This document shows positions 8,405 through 18,540 of a DNA stretch of 64,000 nt, one piece after another. The notes below the pieces were generated by a model. It ran no database searches, was not told where the DNA came from, and saw only the letters and a program-made list of their open reading frames with translations. Origin of the DNA: an uncultured Planctomycetia bacterium (GTDB lineage Bacteria > Omnitrophota > Gorgyraeia > Gorgyraeales > Gorgyraeaceae); contig CAYPYS010000001.1 in NCBI GenBank assembly GCA_964415355.1, forward strand, positions 145,733 to 209,732, written 5' to 3'. How positions within the stretch are numbered: position 1 is the first letter of the stretch; the number at the start of each line of letters is the position of its first letter. The position numbers and the translations under genes are program-made.

Positions 8405-11173
8405 TCACTTGCCATGGCACTTCTTGTATTTCTTTCCGCTGCCGCAGGGGCAGGGGTCATTTCTGCCGACTTTATCTTGTTGAGTATGCTGCTCGAGCGG
8501 CACGATTGGTTCTTGCGGCCCAGCCAGCCCCGCTGCCGGACGGATCGGCTTTTTCGACATTGGCGAAACATCGTTATGCACAAATTTCTGAGGCAGCGAC
8601 TGGAATACACTTTTCACCTTTATGTCTTCTCGCACGGCCTGGACCTTAAATAAGAACTCTACGGTCTCGTCTTTTATGGAATCTATCATCGACATGAACA
8701 TGTTATAACCTTCGTGTTGATATTCCACCAATGGATCGCGCTGGCCATATGCCCTGAGTCCTATACCCTCTCTCAGATTATCCATCGCGTGCAGATGGTC
8801 TTTCCATTTCGTATCAATGATCTGAAGCATTATCATCTTCTCGACATGCCTCATGGCATCCGGGTTCATGTTTTTCTTTTTTTCTTCATACAGACTCTTG
8901 ACTAAGCCTAAAAGCGCGCTTAAAATTCCATCTCTATCTTTTCCTTCTGTCATGTCCTCGAGATTTTGAACGCGTATATTAAATTTTGACCAGAACCATT
9001 CGTTGAACTCGCTGTATTTCCAGTCAGCCTTGCTGATGTCAGGATTAAGATACGTCTCGATCGCGGCGTCGATAATCTCCTCTACGATCTCGTATAAATG
9101 AGACTCCAGATTATCCTCGAGCAAAACCTTTCGTCTCTCCGCGTATATGACCTCACGCTGCTTGTTCATTACATTATCGTATTCCAATATGTGTTTTCGT
9201 ATGTCAAAATTATGCTGCTCCACTCTTTTCTGCGCCACCTCGATCGCACGGCTCACAAGTGGATGCTGGATGTCCTGGCCTTTTTCTATCCCAAGCCTGT
9301 CGTATATGCCGGAGATCCTGTCCGAGCCAAAGAGTCTCATGAGATCGTCTGCGAGCGAGATGTAAAAGCGCGATGAACCTGGGTCGCCCTGTCTGCCTGC
9401 GCGGCCGCGTAACTGATTGTCAACGCGCCTCGACTCATGGCGCTCCGTGCCTATCACGTGCAGGCCGCCAAGCCCAACGACTTTTTCGTGGTCATTGCCG
9501 ACCTTTTCTTTTGCCTCGGGAAGCAATTTTTTTATCTCTTCTTCGGCCGTGTCATCCGGCCCAAGTCCTTTCGCCTTTAGCCAGTCATTCATTAAGAATT
9601 CCGCGTTGCCGCCAAGCAAAATATCTGTGCCGCGGCCAGCCATGTTCGTCGCAATAGTCACGCCGCCGAGCCTGCCTGCCTGCGCGACGATCGTCGCCTC
9701 CATCTCGTGATACTTCGCGTTAAGGACATTGTGCGGAATGCTGCGACGTTTCAAAAGCGAGCTCAAGCGCTCAGACCGCTCAATAGAAATAGTGCCTACG
9801 AGAACAGGCCTGCCTTTTTTGTTGAGCTCCTCGATCTCGTTGCACACAGCATCAAACTTTTCTTCTTCTGTCTTGTAGATCACGTCAGCGTGGTTCGTCC
9901 TTATCAGAACTTTATTCGTGGGCACTGCCACTGTGTCCAATTTATAGATGTGGCTGAATTCCGATGCTTCTGTCATCGCGGTGCCGGTCATGCCGGCGAG
10001 TTTTTTATACATCCTGAAATAATTTTGAAATGTAATAGTGGCGAGTGTCTGGTTTTCTCTTTCTATCTTCATCCCCTCTTTCGCCTCGACCGCCTGATGC
10101 AGGCCATCTGACCAGCGCCTGCCAGGCATGAGGCGGCCGGTGAATTCGTCGACGATGATCACCTGTCCGTCCTTCACCACGTAGTCCACATCTTTCTCGA
10201 AGAGGTTATGCGCCTTCAGGGCCTGTATGATATGGTGCCGGTATTCCATCGTGCTGATATCGTGCATGTTTTCAATGCCAAGCGCTTCTGCCACCTTTAC
10301 CTCGCCCTGCTCTGTCAGGTGCGCGGTGTGCGCCTTTTCGTCGACAATGTAATCATAGCCCTGCGAAAGGTCAATGCCTTTAAACTTCGCATCGATCTCG
10401 TCTTTTTCCAGGATTATTCTGCCTTTGAGGCGCGGCACTATCTTGTTGCATGTATAATATTTATCAGTGGACTCTTCTGAGGGCCCTGAGATAATAAGAG
10501 GTGTACGCGCTTCGTCAATTAGAATGCTGTCGACCTCGTCGACAATCGTATAGCTTAGCTCGCGCTGCACCATATGTTCTTTCCTCGCAACCATGTTGTC
10601 GCGCAGGTAATCGAATCCGAATTCGTTATTGGTGCCGTACGTTATGTCGCTAGCGTAAGCCTTCTGCCTGAGCACAGGCTCCATGTCATGTTGAATTACT
10701 CCAACGGTAAGCCCTAAAAATTCATAGACAGGCCCCATCCACTCCCTGTCTCTGCGAGCTAGGTAGTCATTGACAGTAATGATGTGCGTGCCTTTGCCTG
10801 GAAGCGCGTTTAGATAAGCAGCCAGCGTCGCGACAAGCGTTTTTCCCTCGCCAGTCGCCATCTCTGCTATCTTGCCCTGGTGAAGCACGATGCCGCCTAT
10901 GAGCTGCACGTCAAAGTGCCGCATACCGATTGTGCGGCGCGCAGTCTCGCGCACAGTAGCGAATGCCTCCGGCAATATGTCGTCTACTGTCTCTCCGCGA
11001 GACAGGCGTTCCCTGAACTCACTGGTCTTCTGGCGCAGCTTGTCGTCCGAGAGCTTTTGAAACTCCGGCTCAAGGGAATTTATCTTTTCCACTTCCGGCT
11101 GCAGCTTCTTAAGCTCTCTCTGATTCTGCGTCCCTATCATTTTATTCAACACCCACGCAAACATAATCCCCAT
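8405..11173 (-). CDS. secA: preprotein translocase subunit SecA
   Basis: [24 protein letters not shown]-terminal [22 protein letters not shown]. Confidence 0.98.
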   Translation of the reverse strand: MGIMFAWVLNKMIGTQNQRELKKLQPEVEKINSLEPEFQKLSDDKLRQKTSEFRERLSRGETVDDILPEAFATVRETARRTIGMRHFDVQLIGGIVLHQGKIAEMATGEGKTLVATLAAYLNALPGKGTHIITVNDYLARRDREWMGPVYEFLGLTVGVIQHDMEPVLRQKAYASDITYGTNNEFGFDYLRDNMVARKEHMVQRELSYTIVDEVDSILIDEARTPLIISGPSEESTDKYYTCNKIVPRLKGRIILEKDEIDAKFKGIDLSQGYDYIVDEKAHTAHLTEQGEVKVAEALGIENMHDISTMEYRHHIIQALKAHNLFEKDVDYVVKDGQVIIVDEFTGRLMPGRRWSDGLHQAVEAKEGMKIERENQTLATITFQNYFRMYKKLAGMTGTAMTEASEFSHIYKLDTVAVPTNKVLIRTNHADVIYKTEEEKFDAVCNEIEELNKKGRPVLVGTISIERSERLSSLLKRRSIPHNVLNAKYHEMEATIVAQAGRLGGVTIATNMAGRGTDILLGGNAEFLMNDWLKAKGLGPDDTAEEEIKKLLPEAKEKVGNDHEKVVGLGGLHVIGTERHESRRVDNQLRGRAGRQGDPGSSRFYISLADDLMRLFGSDRISGIYDRLGIEKGQDIQHPLVSRAIEVAQKRVEQHNFDIRKHILEYDNVMNKQREVIYAERRKVLLEDNLESHLYEIVEEIIDAAIETYLNPDISKADWKYSEFNEWFWSKFNIRVQNLEDMTEGKDRDGILSALLGLVKSLYEEKKKNMNPDAMRHVEKMIMLQIIDTKWKDHLHAMDNLREGIGLRAYGQRDPLVEYQHEGYNMFMSMIDSIKDETVEFLFKVQAVREDIKVKSVFQSLPQKFVHNDVSPMSKKPIRPAAGLAGPQEPIVPLEQHTQQDKVGRNDPCPCGSGKKYKKCHGK

Positions 11174-11179
11174 CCCACC

Positions 11180-11216
11180 TAAGTTTACATTTTAACGTTG
11201 TTGAAATGTAAACTTA
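11180..11216. repeat. 37-bp palindromic element, copy 7
   Basis: TAAGTTTACATTTTAACGTTGTTGAAATGTAAACTTA; abuts the secA SD. Confidence 0.95.
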
Positions 11217-11232
11217 CGCGCAGCTTTATAGC

Positions 11233-12324
11233 CTATTTCCGCGCGCGCCACTTTAAAAACGCCTCGATAAAATCCACGAGCGCGCCATTCATCACAGCGT
11301 TTACATTAGACGTCTCGCAGCTGGTCCTGTGATCCTTTACCATCGAATATGGGTGCATGACATACGAACGTATCTGGCTACCCCATTCTATTTTTCGCTT
11401 CTTCGAATACTCAGCTTCTATTTCCTTCCTTCTCTCTTCCGCTTTTAGCTCGTAAAGCTTTGCCTTCAAGACCTTCATCGCAGTGGCCTTATTCTTATGC
11501 TGCGAGCGTTCGTTCTGACATTGCGTGACAATGCCTGTCGGCAAATGCGTGATCCTCACCGCAGAATCAGTTACATTCACGTGCTGGCCTCCTGCGCCGC
11601 TAGAGCGATACGTGTCGATGCGTAGCTCAGATTCATTGATATCTACATCAATGTCATCCTCGACCTCGGGTATGACGTCAACTGACGCAAAAGACGTGTG
11701 CCTCCGCTTGTTAGCGTCGAACGGCGAGATCCTCACGAGACGATGCACCCCTATTTCTGACTTTAGATAGCCAAACGCGTAGTCGCCCGTTACGATCATG
11801 ACCGCGCTTTTAACTCCAGCTTCTTCGCCAGGAAGAACATCTATTATCTTTGTCTTGTAGCCATTGCTCTCGGCCCACATCGAATACATCCTCAAAAGCA
11901 TGCTCGCCCAATCGCAGGACTCAGTGCCGCCAGCCCCTGCGTGCAAACTTAGAATCGCGTTATTCATGTCGCGCTGACCGCTCATTAGACTCTTGAACTC
12001 AAGTGAATCAATATCGCGCTCGAGCTTCTGCAATGACTCTTTTACTTCTTTCGCAGAGCCCTCGTCCTCCACCAGCACCAAAAGTTCGTTCAGCTCGTCA
12101 AACTCCTTCCTGCACTCAAAATAAGGATCGACCACAGCGCGCGCCTTTTTTAGCTCCTGGATCACGGAGCGCGCCTTTTCCTGGTTATCCCAAAATCCAG
12201 GGCTCGCGAGCTTTGCCTCAAGCTCCTTCAATGCAGCCTCATTTTTCTCGATTTCCAAATAAGACCGAAGCTCGCCGAGTTTCTTATCTAGTACCTTAAG
12301 TCTCGCTTTTATCTCTTCCAGCAT
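11233..12324 (-). CDS. prfB: peptide chain release factor 2 (no internal frameshift)
   Basis: SPF anticodon motif, GGQ, WGSQIRSY. Confidence 0.97.
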   Translation of the reverse strand: MLEEIKARLKVLDKKLGELRSYLEIEKNEAALKELEAKLASPGFWDNQEKARSVIQELKKARAVVDPYFECRKEFDELNELLVLVEDEGSAKEVKESLQKLERDIDSLEFKSLMSGQRDMNNAILSLHAGAGGTESCDWASMLLRMYSMWAESNGYKTKIIDVLPGEEAGVKSAVMIVTGDYAFGYLKSEIGVHRLVRISPFDANKRRHTSFASVDVIPEVEDDIDVDINESELRIDTYRSSGAGGQHVNVTDSAVRITHLPTGIVTQCQNERSQHKNKATAMKVLKAKLYELKAEERRKEIEAEYSKKRKIEWGSQIRSYVMHPYSMVKDHRTSCETSNVNAVMNGALVDFIEAFLKWRARK

Positions 12325-12586
12325 AACCTTCTCTTTCCAGCCCCAAAAGTCGCTTCTTTAAATCCTCACCAAACGCATATTTGCCGAGCGCACCGCCAGT
12401 ATGCACGATTCTATGGCACGGCACGATCAAGGGGAACGGATTCTTGCTCAATGCCTGCCCGACCGCACGGCTCGCTCCAGGCTCACCGACTTTCTCCGCC
12501 ACCCACGCATAAGTCCTTGCCTGGCCTTGAGGTATGCGCTTCACCACAGTATATACCTTTTTCTGAAATGAAGTCAATGTTTTCAT
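12296..12586 (-). CDS. ogt: methylated-DNA--protein-cysteine methyltransferase (MGMT, single domain)
   Basis: RAVGQAL..NP..LIVPCHRIV active-site motif. Confidence 0.85.
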   Translation of the reverse strand: MKTLTSFQKKVYTVVKRIPQGQARTYAWVAEKVGEPGASRAVGQALSKNPFPLIVPCHRIVHTGGALGKYAFGEDLKKRLLGLEREGYAGRDKSET

Positions 12587-12610
12587 CGCCCCGCACGCAC
12601 CCTCACCGCC

Positions 12611-12647
12611 TAAGTTTACATTTTAACATTGTTAAAGTGTAAACTTA
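12611..12647. repeat. 37-bp palindromic element, copy 8
   Basis: TAAGTTTACATTTTAACATTGTTAAAGTGTAAACTTA. Confidence 0.95.
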
Positions 12648-12686
12648 GCAATATGTCAACGCTCCTGCCTGCCGTCTGTCTGCCTG

Positions 12687-13937
12687 CTATATCCCGGCCT
12701 TCTTCTCCCTCAGCTTATGGTGATACTTGAGCGCGAACCTGTGCGCCTCGTCCCTGATCCTCTGTATAAAATGCAATATCTGCGCGTCCTTATTTATCGT
12801 CAAAGGCCTTCTTGAACTCCGCGTATATATCCTCTCCTCTTGCTTGGCAATCGAGATTATCGGGATGCGGCTGAGATTCAGCCTCACGAGCTCATCGTAC
12901 GCCACGCCCAGATGCCCCTTGCCCCCGTCTATTATAACAAGATCAGGGAGCGCACCGCCTTCTTCTTTGAGCCTCTTATATCTGCGCCTAACGATCTCGC
13001 GGATCATCGCGTAATCATCGATATCATCCACGCTCTTTATCTTAAATTTTCTATAATTCGACTTGTCCGGGCTGCCATTGTGAAAACAAACCATAGAACC
13101 AGTCGCTTCCTTACCCTGGATATTGGAAACATCAAACGCCTCTATTATCAAAGGCAACCTAGGAAGCCGCAAAAGCCTCTTCAGCTTCACCGCGACATCG
13201 CCCCACCCGCTATAATCCCTCATCTTTTTCCCAGGCACTTCTGAAAGCGCAGCGATCCTGTTCCTTATAATAACTGCATCTTCGAAATTCTGCTCTCGAG
13301 CCAGCTCCTTCATCTTCTGCTCTAACTCCCGCAGGAGCCGTGTCTTTTTTCCCTCTAAAAACAACACGAGCTGCGCCACGACCTCGCGGTATTCCTTTAC
13401 CCCCACTTTTTTAACGCACGGCCCAATGCATTGGCCAATGTGATAATTCAAACACACCTGCTTCGGTATTTTCTTGCATGTCCTTAGAGGAAAAATGCTT
13501 TTCATTATAGACAATGCCTTGCGCAAAAGCTTGACCTGCGTGTACGGCCCAAAATACCTCGACCCGTCATCTGACTTTTTCCTGGTGATAATAAGGCGCG
13601 GGAATTTTTCATCAGTCAATTTTAGAAACGGAAAACTCTTGTCGTCTTTTAGGTCAACGTTATACTTTGGCTTTTTCTCCTTTATCAGGTTCGCCTCGTA
13701 TATGAGCGCCTCTTCCTCGGAAGTCGTGACAATATAATCCAACTCCCTCATTTGCTCCAATAAATGCATGTGCCGGCCTGTCTTTGGCCTGCTCTCGTAA
13801 AAATAACTCGACACGCGCTTCGATAAATCCTTTGCCTTACCTATATATAACATCTGGCCCTGGCCGTCTTTCATCATATACACGCCGGGCGCATGCGGTA
13901 CTTCTTTCAACTTTTTCTTCAATCCCTTTGATCTCAT
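12687..13937 (-). CDS. uvrC: excinuclease ABC subunit C (compact form)
   Basis: GIY-YIG (PGVY..YIGKAK), UVR, RNaseH-like FDVSN / PDLVIIDGGKG / RDEAHRFA. Confidence 0.93.
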   Translation of the reverse strand: MRSKGLKKKLKEVPHAPGVYMMKDGQGQMLYIGKAKDLSKRVSSYFYESRPKTGRHMHLLEQMRELDYIVTTSEEEALIYEANLIKEKKPKYNVDLKDDKSFPFLKLTDEKFPRLIITRKKSDDGSRYFGPYTQVKLLRKALSIMKSIFPLRTCKKIPKQVCLNYHIGQCIGPCVKKVGVKEYREVVAQLVLFLEGKKTRLLRELEQKMKELAREQNFEDAVIIRNRIAALSEVPGKKMRDYSGWGDVAVKLKRLLRLPRLPLIIEAFDVSNIQGKEATGSMVCFHNGSPDKSNYRKFKIKSVDDIDDYAMIREIVRRRYKRLKEEGGALPDLVIIDGGKGHLGVAYDELVRLNLSRIPIISIAKQEERIYTRSSRRPLTINKDAQILHFIQRIRDEAHRFALKYHHKLREKKAGI

Positions 13938-13945
13938 ACATCTCC

Positions 13946-14021
13946 TAACTTTACACTTTAACGTTGTTGAAATGTAAAGTTACGTAAGTTTACATTTTAA
14001 CATTGTTAAAGTGTAAACTTA
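13946..14021. repeat. two tandem 37-bp palindromic elements, copies 9 (13946-13982) and 10 (13985-14021)
   Basis: Two full copies separated by CG; copy 10 supplies the murJ stop and copy 9 abuts the uvrC SD. Confidence 0.95.
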
Positions 14022-15539
14022 AGCCCTTCTCAGCATCCACTTTAAAAATTCCTTCGCCTCTTTTACGTCAAAGGCGAGTGTGGCCAATGCATAACTCGCA
14101 ATGCCTATAAAAATCACGGCAAAAAGACAAAGCCCCAGCTTATATGCAAAAAAGTAAATAATCGCAGTCATCACAAGGCTCGCCAATAACACCCTTCCGA
14201 ACGAAACCAATATTTTAAGCTCGCCAAAGCCCCCGATCTTTCTCCTCAACACAAAAAACAGCAAAAAGAAATTAAAGGCGCCCGAGCACGACGTGGCAAG
14301 CGCTAGACCGCTGATCTTAAGAGGAAACATAAAAATAATATTTAAGACTACGTTCAGCACCAGAGATGCGCTCGCGATTTTCACCGGCGTAAGCGTGTCC
14401 TTTAAAGAATAATAACAGGAAACCAATATCTTGATGCCCGCATAACTAAAAAGGCCTATGGAATAAAACGCGAGCGCGCGCGAGGTTATAAACGTTGAAT
14501 ACTGATCGAATACGCCGCGTTCGAACAATGTGCTGGTTATAGGCCGCGCCAACACTATAAGCCCGAGAGAGGCCGGTAGCATTATAAAATTAACTGCCCT
14601 GAGAGAAAACGAAAGCGTCTCTTTTAACTTGCCCAGGCCTGATTCAAGCGCCTGCCTGGACATGGTCGGAAGCGCGGCCTGCGCGATAGCTATTCCAAAT
14701 ATCGCCAATGGAAATTGAAAGATCCTGTTTGCGTAGTAAAGTGCTGCGACGCCCCCTTCGCCTACTATATGCGCAAGCGAGGCGAGCATTGTATTGACAA
14801 AAATATTTATCTGGTACACGCACGAACCCAATATCCTCGGGAGCATCAAAACGCCTATTTTTTTCACTGCTACATGGTGCACTCCGCTCGCAAAATTAAA
14901 ACGAAACCCTTTGGAGAAAAGAACGGGGATCTGCACTGCCAACTGGACCACGCCGCCGATTAAGACTCCTGCCGCTAGCGCCGAGACATCACCCTGCCGC
15001 AGCAAAATGCACATTATTATTGAAAAATTCAAAATCGCCGGCGCGAACGCAGGCGCTGAAAAATGTTTCAGTGAATTAAGCACTCCCATGCAATAAGCCA
15101 GCAGCCCCACCAGCAGAATGTAGGGAAACATGAAGCGCGTCAGCTGTATCGTGACTCTAAGCTTTTCAGCATCGCCTATAAATCCAGGTGCTATCATGCG
15201 TACTATGACAGGCGCGAATACCACTCCCAAAAACGTCACGACCGCGAGCACGATAAGCACAGCGTTTAGAAGCACATTCGCTAGATGCCAGAATTCTTCT
15301 TTCTTTTTGGTCGCAGAGTACTCGCTTAAGACAGGCACGAACGCCGCGTTCGTAGCGCCCTCGCCTATAAGATCGCGAAGCATGTTAGGCAGCCGGAACG
15401 CCACCACAAAGGCCTGCGCGTATCGCGCAGTCCCGAAGAATCTCGCAATCAGGATGTCGCGCGCAAACCCCAGGACCCTGCTCACGACAGTCGCGAACCC
15501 GATCACCCCCGCAGATTTAAGAATATGTCTCCTTGACAT
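14019..15539 (-). CDS. murJ: lipid II flippase MurJ (MviN)
   Basis: SRVLGFARD, AFRLPNMLR..GEGA, LYYANRIFQFP; start reassigned to MSRRH (ORF extension comes from the repeat). Confidence 0.95.
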   Translation of the reverse strand: MSRRHILKSAGVIGFATVVSRVLGFARDILIARFFGTARYAQAFVVAFRLPNMLRDLIGEGATNAAFVPVLSEYSATKKKEEFWHLANVLLNAVLIVLAVVTFLGVVFAPVIVRMIAPGFIGDAEKLRVTIQLTRFMFPYILLVGLLAYCMGVLNSLKHFSAPAFAPAILNFSIIMCILLRQGDVSALAAGVLIGGVVQLAVQIPVLFSKGFRFNFASGVHHVAVKKIGVLMLPRILGSCVYQINIFVNTMLASLAHIVGEGGVAALYYANRIFQFPLAIFGIAIAQAALPTMSRQALESGLGKLKETLSFSLRAVNFIMLPASLGLIVLARPITSTLFERGVFDQYSTFITSRALAFYSIGLFSYAGIKILVSCYYSLKDTLTPVKIASASLVLNVVLNIIFMFPLKISGLALATSCSGAFNFFLLFFVLRRKIGGFGELKILVSFGRVLLASLVMTAIIYFFAYKLGLCLFAVIFIGIASYALATLAFDVKEAKEFLKWMLRRA

Positions 15540-15547
15540 AACCCCCC

Positions 15548-15584
15548 TAACTTTACATTTCAACAACGTTAAAGTGTAAAGTTA
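15548..15584. repeat. 37-bp palindromic element, copy 11
   Basis: Matches consensus exactly. Confidence 0.95.
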
Positions 15585-15598
15585 GCCTCTTATTTCAA

Positions 15599-15627
15599 TT
15601 GACAGGACTTCCTCTATATGTTATCTT
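15599..15627 (+). promoter_or_regulatory. sigma70 promoter of rpsT
   Basis: TTGACA-17bp-TATCTT with extended -10 TG. Confidence 0.75.
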
Positions 15628-15653
15628 AATGCTACAAAATAAGGAGAAACAAG

Positions 15654-15914
15654 ATGCCAATACTGCACGCAGCTTACAAGAGCATAAAAGTGATAAAAAG
15701 AAGGACGGCTCGAAACCTCTCCGTAAAGTCTCAGCTCAAAACAGAGACTGCGAAATTTATTGATTTGCTTTCTTCAAAAAAACCTGATGAAGCAAAAAAG
15801 CAGTTCAATATTCTAATGTCACTGCTAGATAAGGCCTGCTCTAAAGGTGTAATAAAAAATACTACGGCCTCTCGCAAAAAATCCCGCTTAATGAAAAAAC
15901 TCCGCGCCGTCTAA
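15654..15914 (+). CDS. rpsT: 30S ribosomal protein S20
   Basis: Basic 86 aa, RN..VKS.LKT, LDKA..KGVI..NTASRKKSRL-like motif. Confidence 0.93.
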   Translation: MPILHAAYKSIKVIKRRTARNLSVKSQLKTETAKFIDLLSSKKPDEAKKQFNILMSLLDKACSKGVIKNTTASRKKSRLMKKLRAV

Positions 15915-15948
15915 CTTTACACTTTAACGTTGTTGAAATGTAAAGTTA
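15912..15948. repeat. 37-bp palindromic element, copy 12
   Basis: Its two ends are the TAA stops of convergent rpsT and holA. Confidence 0.95.
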
Positions 15949-16905
15949 GGAGCACATCCGCACTATTAATTTCTCTATGACAGTCCTGGACGGCATACCT
16001 GTCTTGATATCCAGATCTGCCCTGAGTATCTCGTCCAATAAACCCAGGATCTCGCTCTTCTTAAACCTCGAAGCATGCCGCGCGATCTGATCAAACATCC
16101 TTGGATTCAACGCAAGATCCCTGCGCATCTCCGTCTTATTCTTGATACTCAAAAGCTCCTTAACTCTTAAAATCATCCTGGTGCTCCAAGCAATAAGCCC
16201 CAGGAGCTCTATCTCGCTTTTTCTCTCCTTCTTTAAAGTACCAAATACCTGCAGCGCCTTCTTGGCGTCTTTTCTTTCAATGCTACCGATTATGTCAAAC
16301 GCAGTATGCGAAGGGCTCCTGCCAACCACCTTCTCCACATCCTCTTTTGTTATGCCCGGCCTTTTTCCGACATATAAAATTATATTCTCCACATGAGACG
16401 ATAATATTCTCAGGTCATTAGGGAGGCTTTCCTTTATCGCTTCGATCGCCTCACGCGATATTTTTTTATTGAACGCGCCCGCTTTTTTAACCAACCACGA
16501 ATTAAGGCTGCTATCTGTCAATCTCCTAAAGTAGACCAGCTGTGCGGCCTTCGAGGCCCCCAAAAGGAATTCGCCTTTGATAAAAACTGACGAGCTTTCA
16601 ATGACAAATACAGAGCTCTCCTTTGGGTTGCTCAAATAAGATAAGATAGATTTTTTATCAGCCTGAAGCAACGAATCAGCGCCCTTTAATATAACCAGCC
16701 TCTTCTTTGAAATAAAAGGCATTGTCTCAAGTGCATCTGTCAATCGCTTGACGCTAAAATTTTTATCCTTTGCGTAAAAAATACTGTAGTTCAGGTCCCT
16801 GGTTGCCGCATCGAGGAATTTTATCTTTAATGTCTCGATCGCCTCTTCTTTTAAAAAATCTTCTTCGCCAAGGAAAAGATAGGAAGAAATGTTTTTGGTG
16901 GGCAT
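15946..16905 (-). CDS. holA: DNA polymerase III subunit delta
   Basis: YLFLGEEDFL, TMPFISKKRLVI, ADLDIKTG; lptE-holA-rpsT context. Confidence 0.9.
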   Translation of the reverse strand: MPTKNISSYLFLGEEDFLKEEAIETLKIKFLDAATRDLNYSIFYAKDKNFSVKRLTDALETMPFISKKRLVILKGADSLLQADKKSILSYLSNPKESSVFVIESSSVFIKGEFLLGASKAAQLVYFRRLTDSSLNSWLVKKAGAFNKKISREAIEAIKESLPNDLRILSSHVENIILYVGKRPGITKEDVEKVVGRSPSHTAFDIIGSIERKDAKKALQVFGTLKKERKSEIELLGLIAWSTRMILRVKELLSIKNKTEMRRDLALNPRMFDQIARHASRFKKSEILGLLDEILRADLDIKTGMPSRTVIEKLIVRMCS

Positions 16906-16918
16906 TGTTTATAAAGAA

Positions 16919-17458
16919 TTACCAGCCTTCTACGATCTTATTTATTATTCTTCTGGCCAGATCCGATGCAGCCTCATTCAGCGCGTCTGTCTCGCTTTTC
17001 TGTAAAGACCCTGTGGTAAAATAAGTCGTGTCTCCGACTATCTGCTTCTCCTCTATCAATACAGTTGAATCGCTGGACCTCTTTAATCTTACATCACAGA
17101 TCAGGCTTATCCTGTATTCCTCTACGTCCTCATCCTGATATCTGACAGGATCTTTCCTGAACTCTGTTATCTCACCCTCTAAAATAGCATCGGCATTCTT
17201 TTTTTTCGCTACCTTTAGATAGCCGTCTAAAAATATCCTGTCTAAAATAGCGTCACGCAGATCCACTTCGAGATCAGGCCTGTATACTTCGTATTTATCT
17301 TTCGCGCTAACCTCTTTGGTTATATCGATTCTATTTCTAAATATGTCTACGTGGATAGTCTTTACTCCCTCAGGGAGCATGGCCCTTGTTGTATAGCCAC
17401 AGCCGGCAATGATGCATAAAAACAAAAGCACCAGTCCTCTTCCCATTAAAAATAGCAT
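16919..17458 (-). CDS. lptE: LPS-assembly lipoprotein LptE family
   Basis: Lipobox IAGCGY, ADAILEGEI, position upstream of holA; start uncertain. Confidence 0.75.
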   Translation of the reverse strand: MLFLMGRGLVLLFLCIIAGCGYTTRAMLPEGVKTIHVDIFRNRIDITKEVSAKDKYEVYRPDLEVDLRDAILDRIFLDGYLKVAKKKNADAILEGEITEFRKDPVRYQDEDVEEYRISLICDVRLKRSSDSTVLIEEKQIVGDTTYFTTGSLQKSETDALNEAASDLARRIINKIVEGW

Positions 17459-17462
17459 AGCA

Positions 17463-18413
17463 TTAGTTTTTCTCGATCTCATTAAGCCTCTCCTGTGCCT
17501 TTACCGCCCATTCTGTGTCAGGATAATTCTCCGTTATGTCTCTGTAATATATCGCCGCGCTATCGATCTTCCGCCTGGATTCATAATACTGAGCTATTTT
17601 GTACGCGTTCTCAGCCTCTCTGGATTTCAGTTTAACAACGATCTCTTTCGCCTCGACTGACATATCGCTGTCAGGATGTTTTTCAATAAACTCCTCAAAC
17701 TCCTCTCGCGCAGACACAGTGGGGGTCTGATCATAATCAGGTCTTAGAGACAGGAGCTTCGAACACTCCGCCAATTCATACCTCGCCTTATTTATGAACT
17801 CTGAACCTGGATACTTGTCGATCAAATCCTTAAACATCATTATGGCGCTATCGTAATCAGCTATGCTCTTGTAAGCAAGGCCTGCTTTTAACATTGCCGG
17901 CTCTGCGTACTTCCCATAAGGTGCGTTGTCAATGACGGTCTTAAATATCTCTATTGCCTTGTCCTTGGCCGGCATCTTCAATACACCCAAGATCTCGATC
18001 TTCTTCCCTAAAAAAAACATCTCACCTATTTTGTATTCCCTCTCTATGACCTCTTCCACAAATTCTGTATAAGGGTATAGGTCTATTACCTTCTGGTAGG
18101 CCTTGTACGCCTCATAGTAATTGCCCAGCTCTTCCATGATACGGCCTATATGATATTGGGCCTTGGGCGCTTCTTTTGAGAGCGGGTAATGTTTTATCAG
18201 CTTCTTGAATTCCCTCAGCGCTGCCTTAAAATTCTTTTCTTCATAGAAGATCATCGCATACTCTAGCTGCTCCTGAGGCGTGTCTTTGGCGGCGTACTTA
18301 GGATTTTCCCACTTCCCGCTATCTGGCGTCCACACCCAATAAGCAAAAACAGGCTGGATCGCGAAGCAGAATATAAATATTATTAATATAGATATACGAT
18401 ATATATGAGCCAT
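17463..18413 (-). CDS. bamD: outer membrane assembly TPR protein, BamD family
   Basis: Signal peptide, TPR repeats, DYDQTPT..A..EF..FI..HP.S motif. Confidence 0.75.
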   Translation of the reverse strand: MAHIYRISILIIFIFCFAIQPVFAYWVWTPDSGKWENPKYAAKDTPQEQLEYAMIFYEEKNFKAALREFKKLIKHYPLSKEAPKAQYHIGRIMEELGNYYEAYKAYQKVIDLYPYTEFVEEVIEREYKIGEMFFLGKKIEILGVLKMPAKDKAIEIFKTVIDNAPYGKYAEPAMLKAGLAYKSIADYDSAIMMFKDLIDKYPGSEFINKARYELAECSKLLSLRPDYDQTPTVSAREEFEEFIEKHPDSDMSVEAKEIVVKLKSREAENAYKIAQYYESRRKIDSAAIYYRDITENYPDTEWAVKAQERLNEIEKN

Positions 18414-18423
18414 AGTATACAAA

Positions 18424-18452
18424 ATCTTATCACAACCCCTTCTTTATGTCAA
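18424..18452 (-). promoter_or_regulatory. sigma70 promoter of bamD operon
   Basis: TTGACA-17bp-TAAGAT with extended -10 TG. Confidence 0.7.
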
Positions 18453-18460
18453 CCTAAGCT

Positions 18461-18540
18461 TAAGTATACAATTTAACGTTGTTGAAGTGTATACTTAATA
18501 AGCTAACTTTACATTTCAACAACGTTAAAGTGTAAAGTTA
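18461..18540. repeat. two 37-bp palindromic elements, copies 13 (18461-18497) and 14 (18504-18540)
   Basis: Copy 13 has TAAGTATACA/TGTATACTTA arms; copy 14 is consensus and encodes the ComEC C-terminal NFTL*. Confidence 0.95.

Noticed and set aside
12631-12659. Promoter from TTGACA at 12659-12654 (minus strand)
   Set aside because: The -10 position falls on TTTAAC inside the repeat, a poor match.
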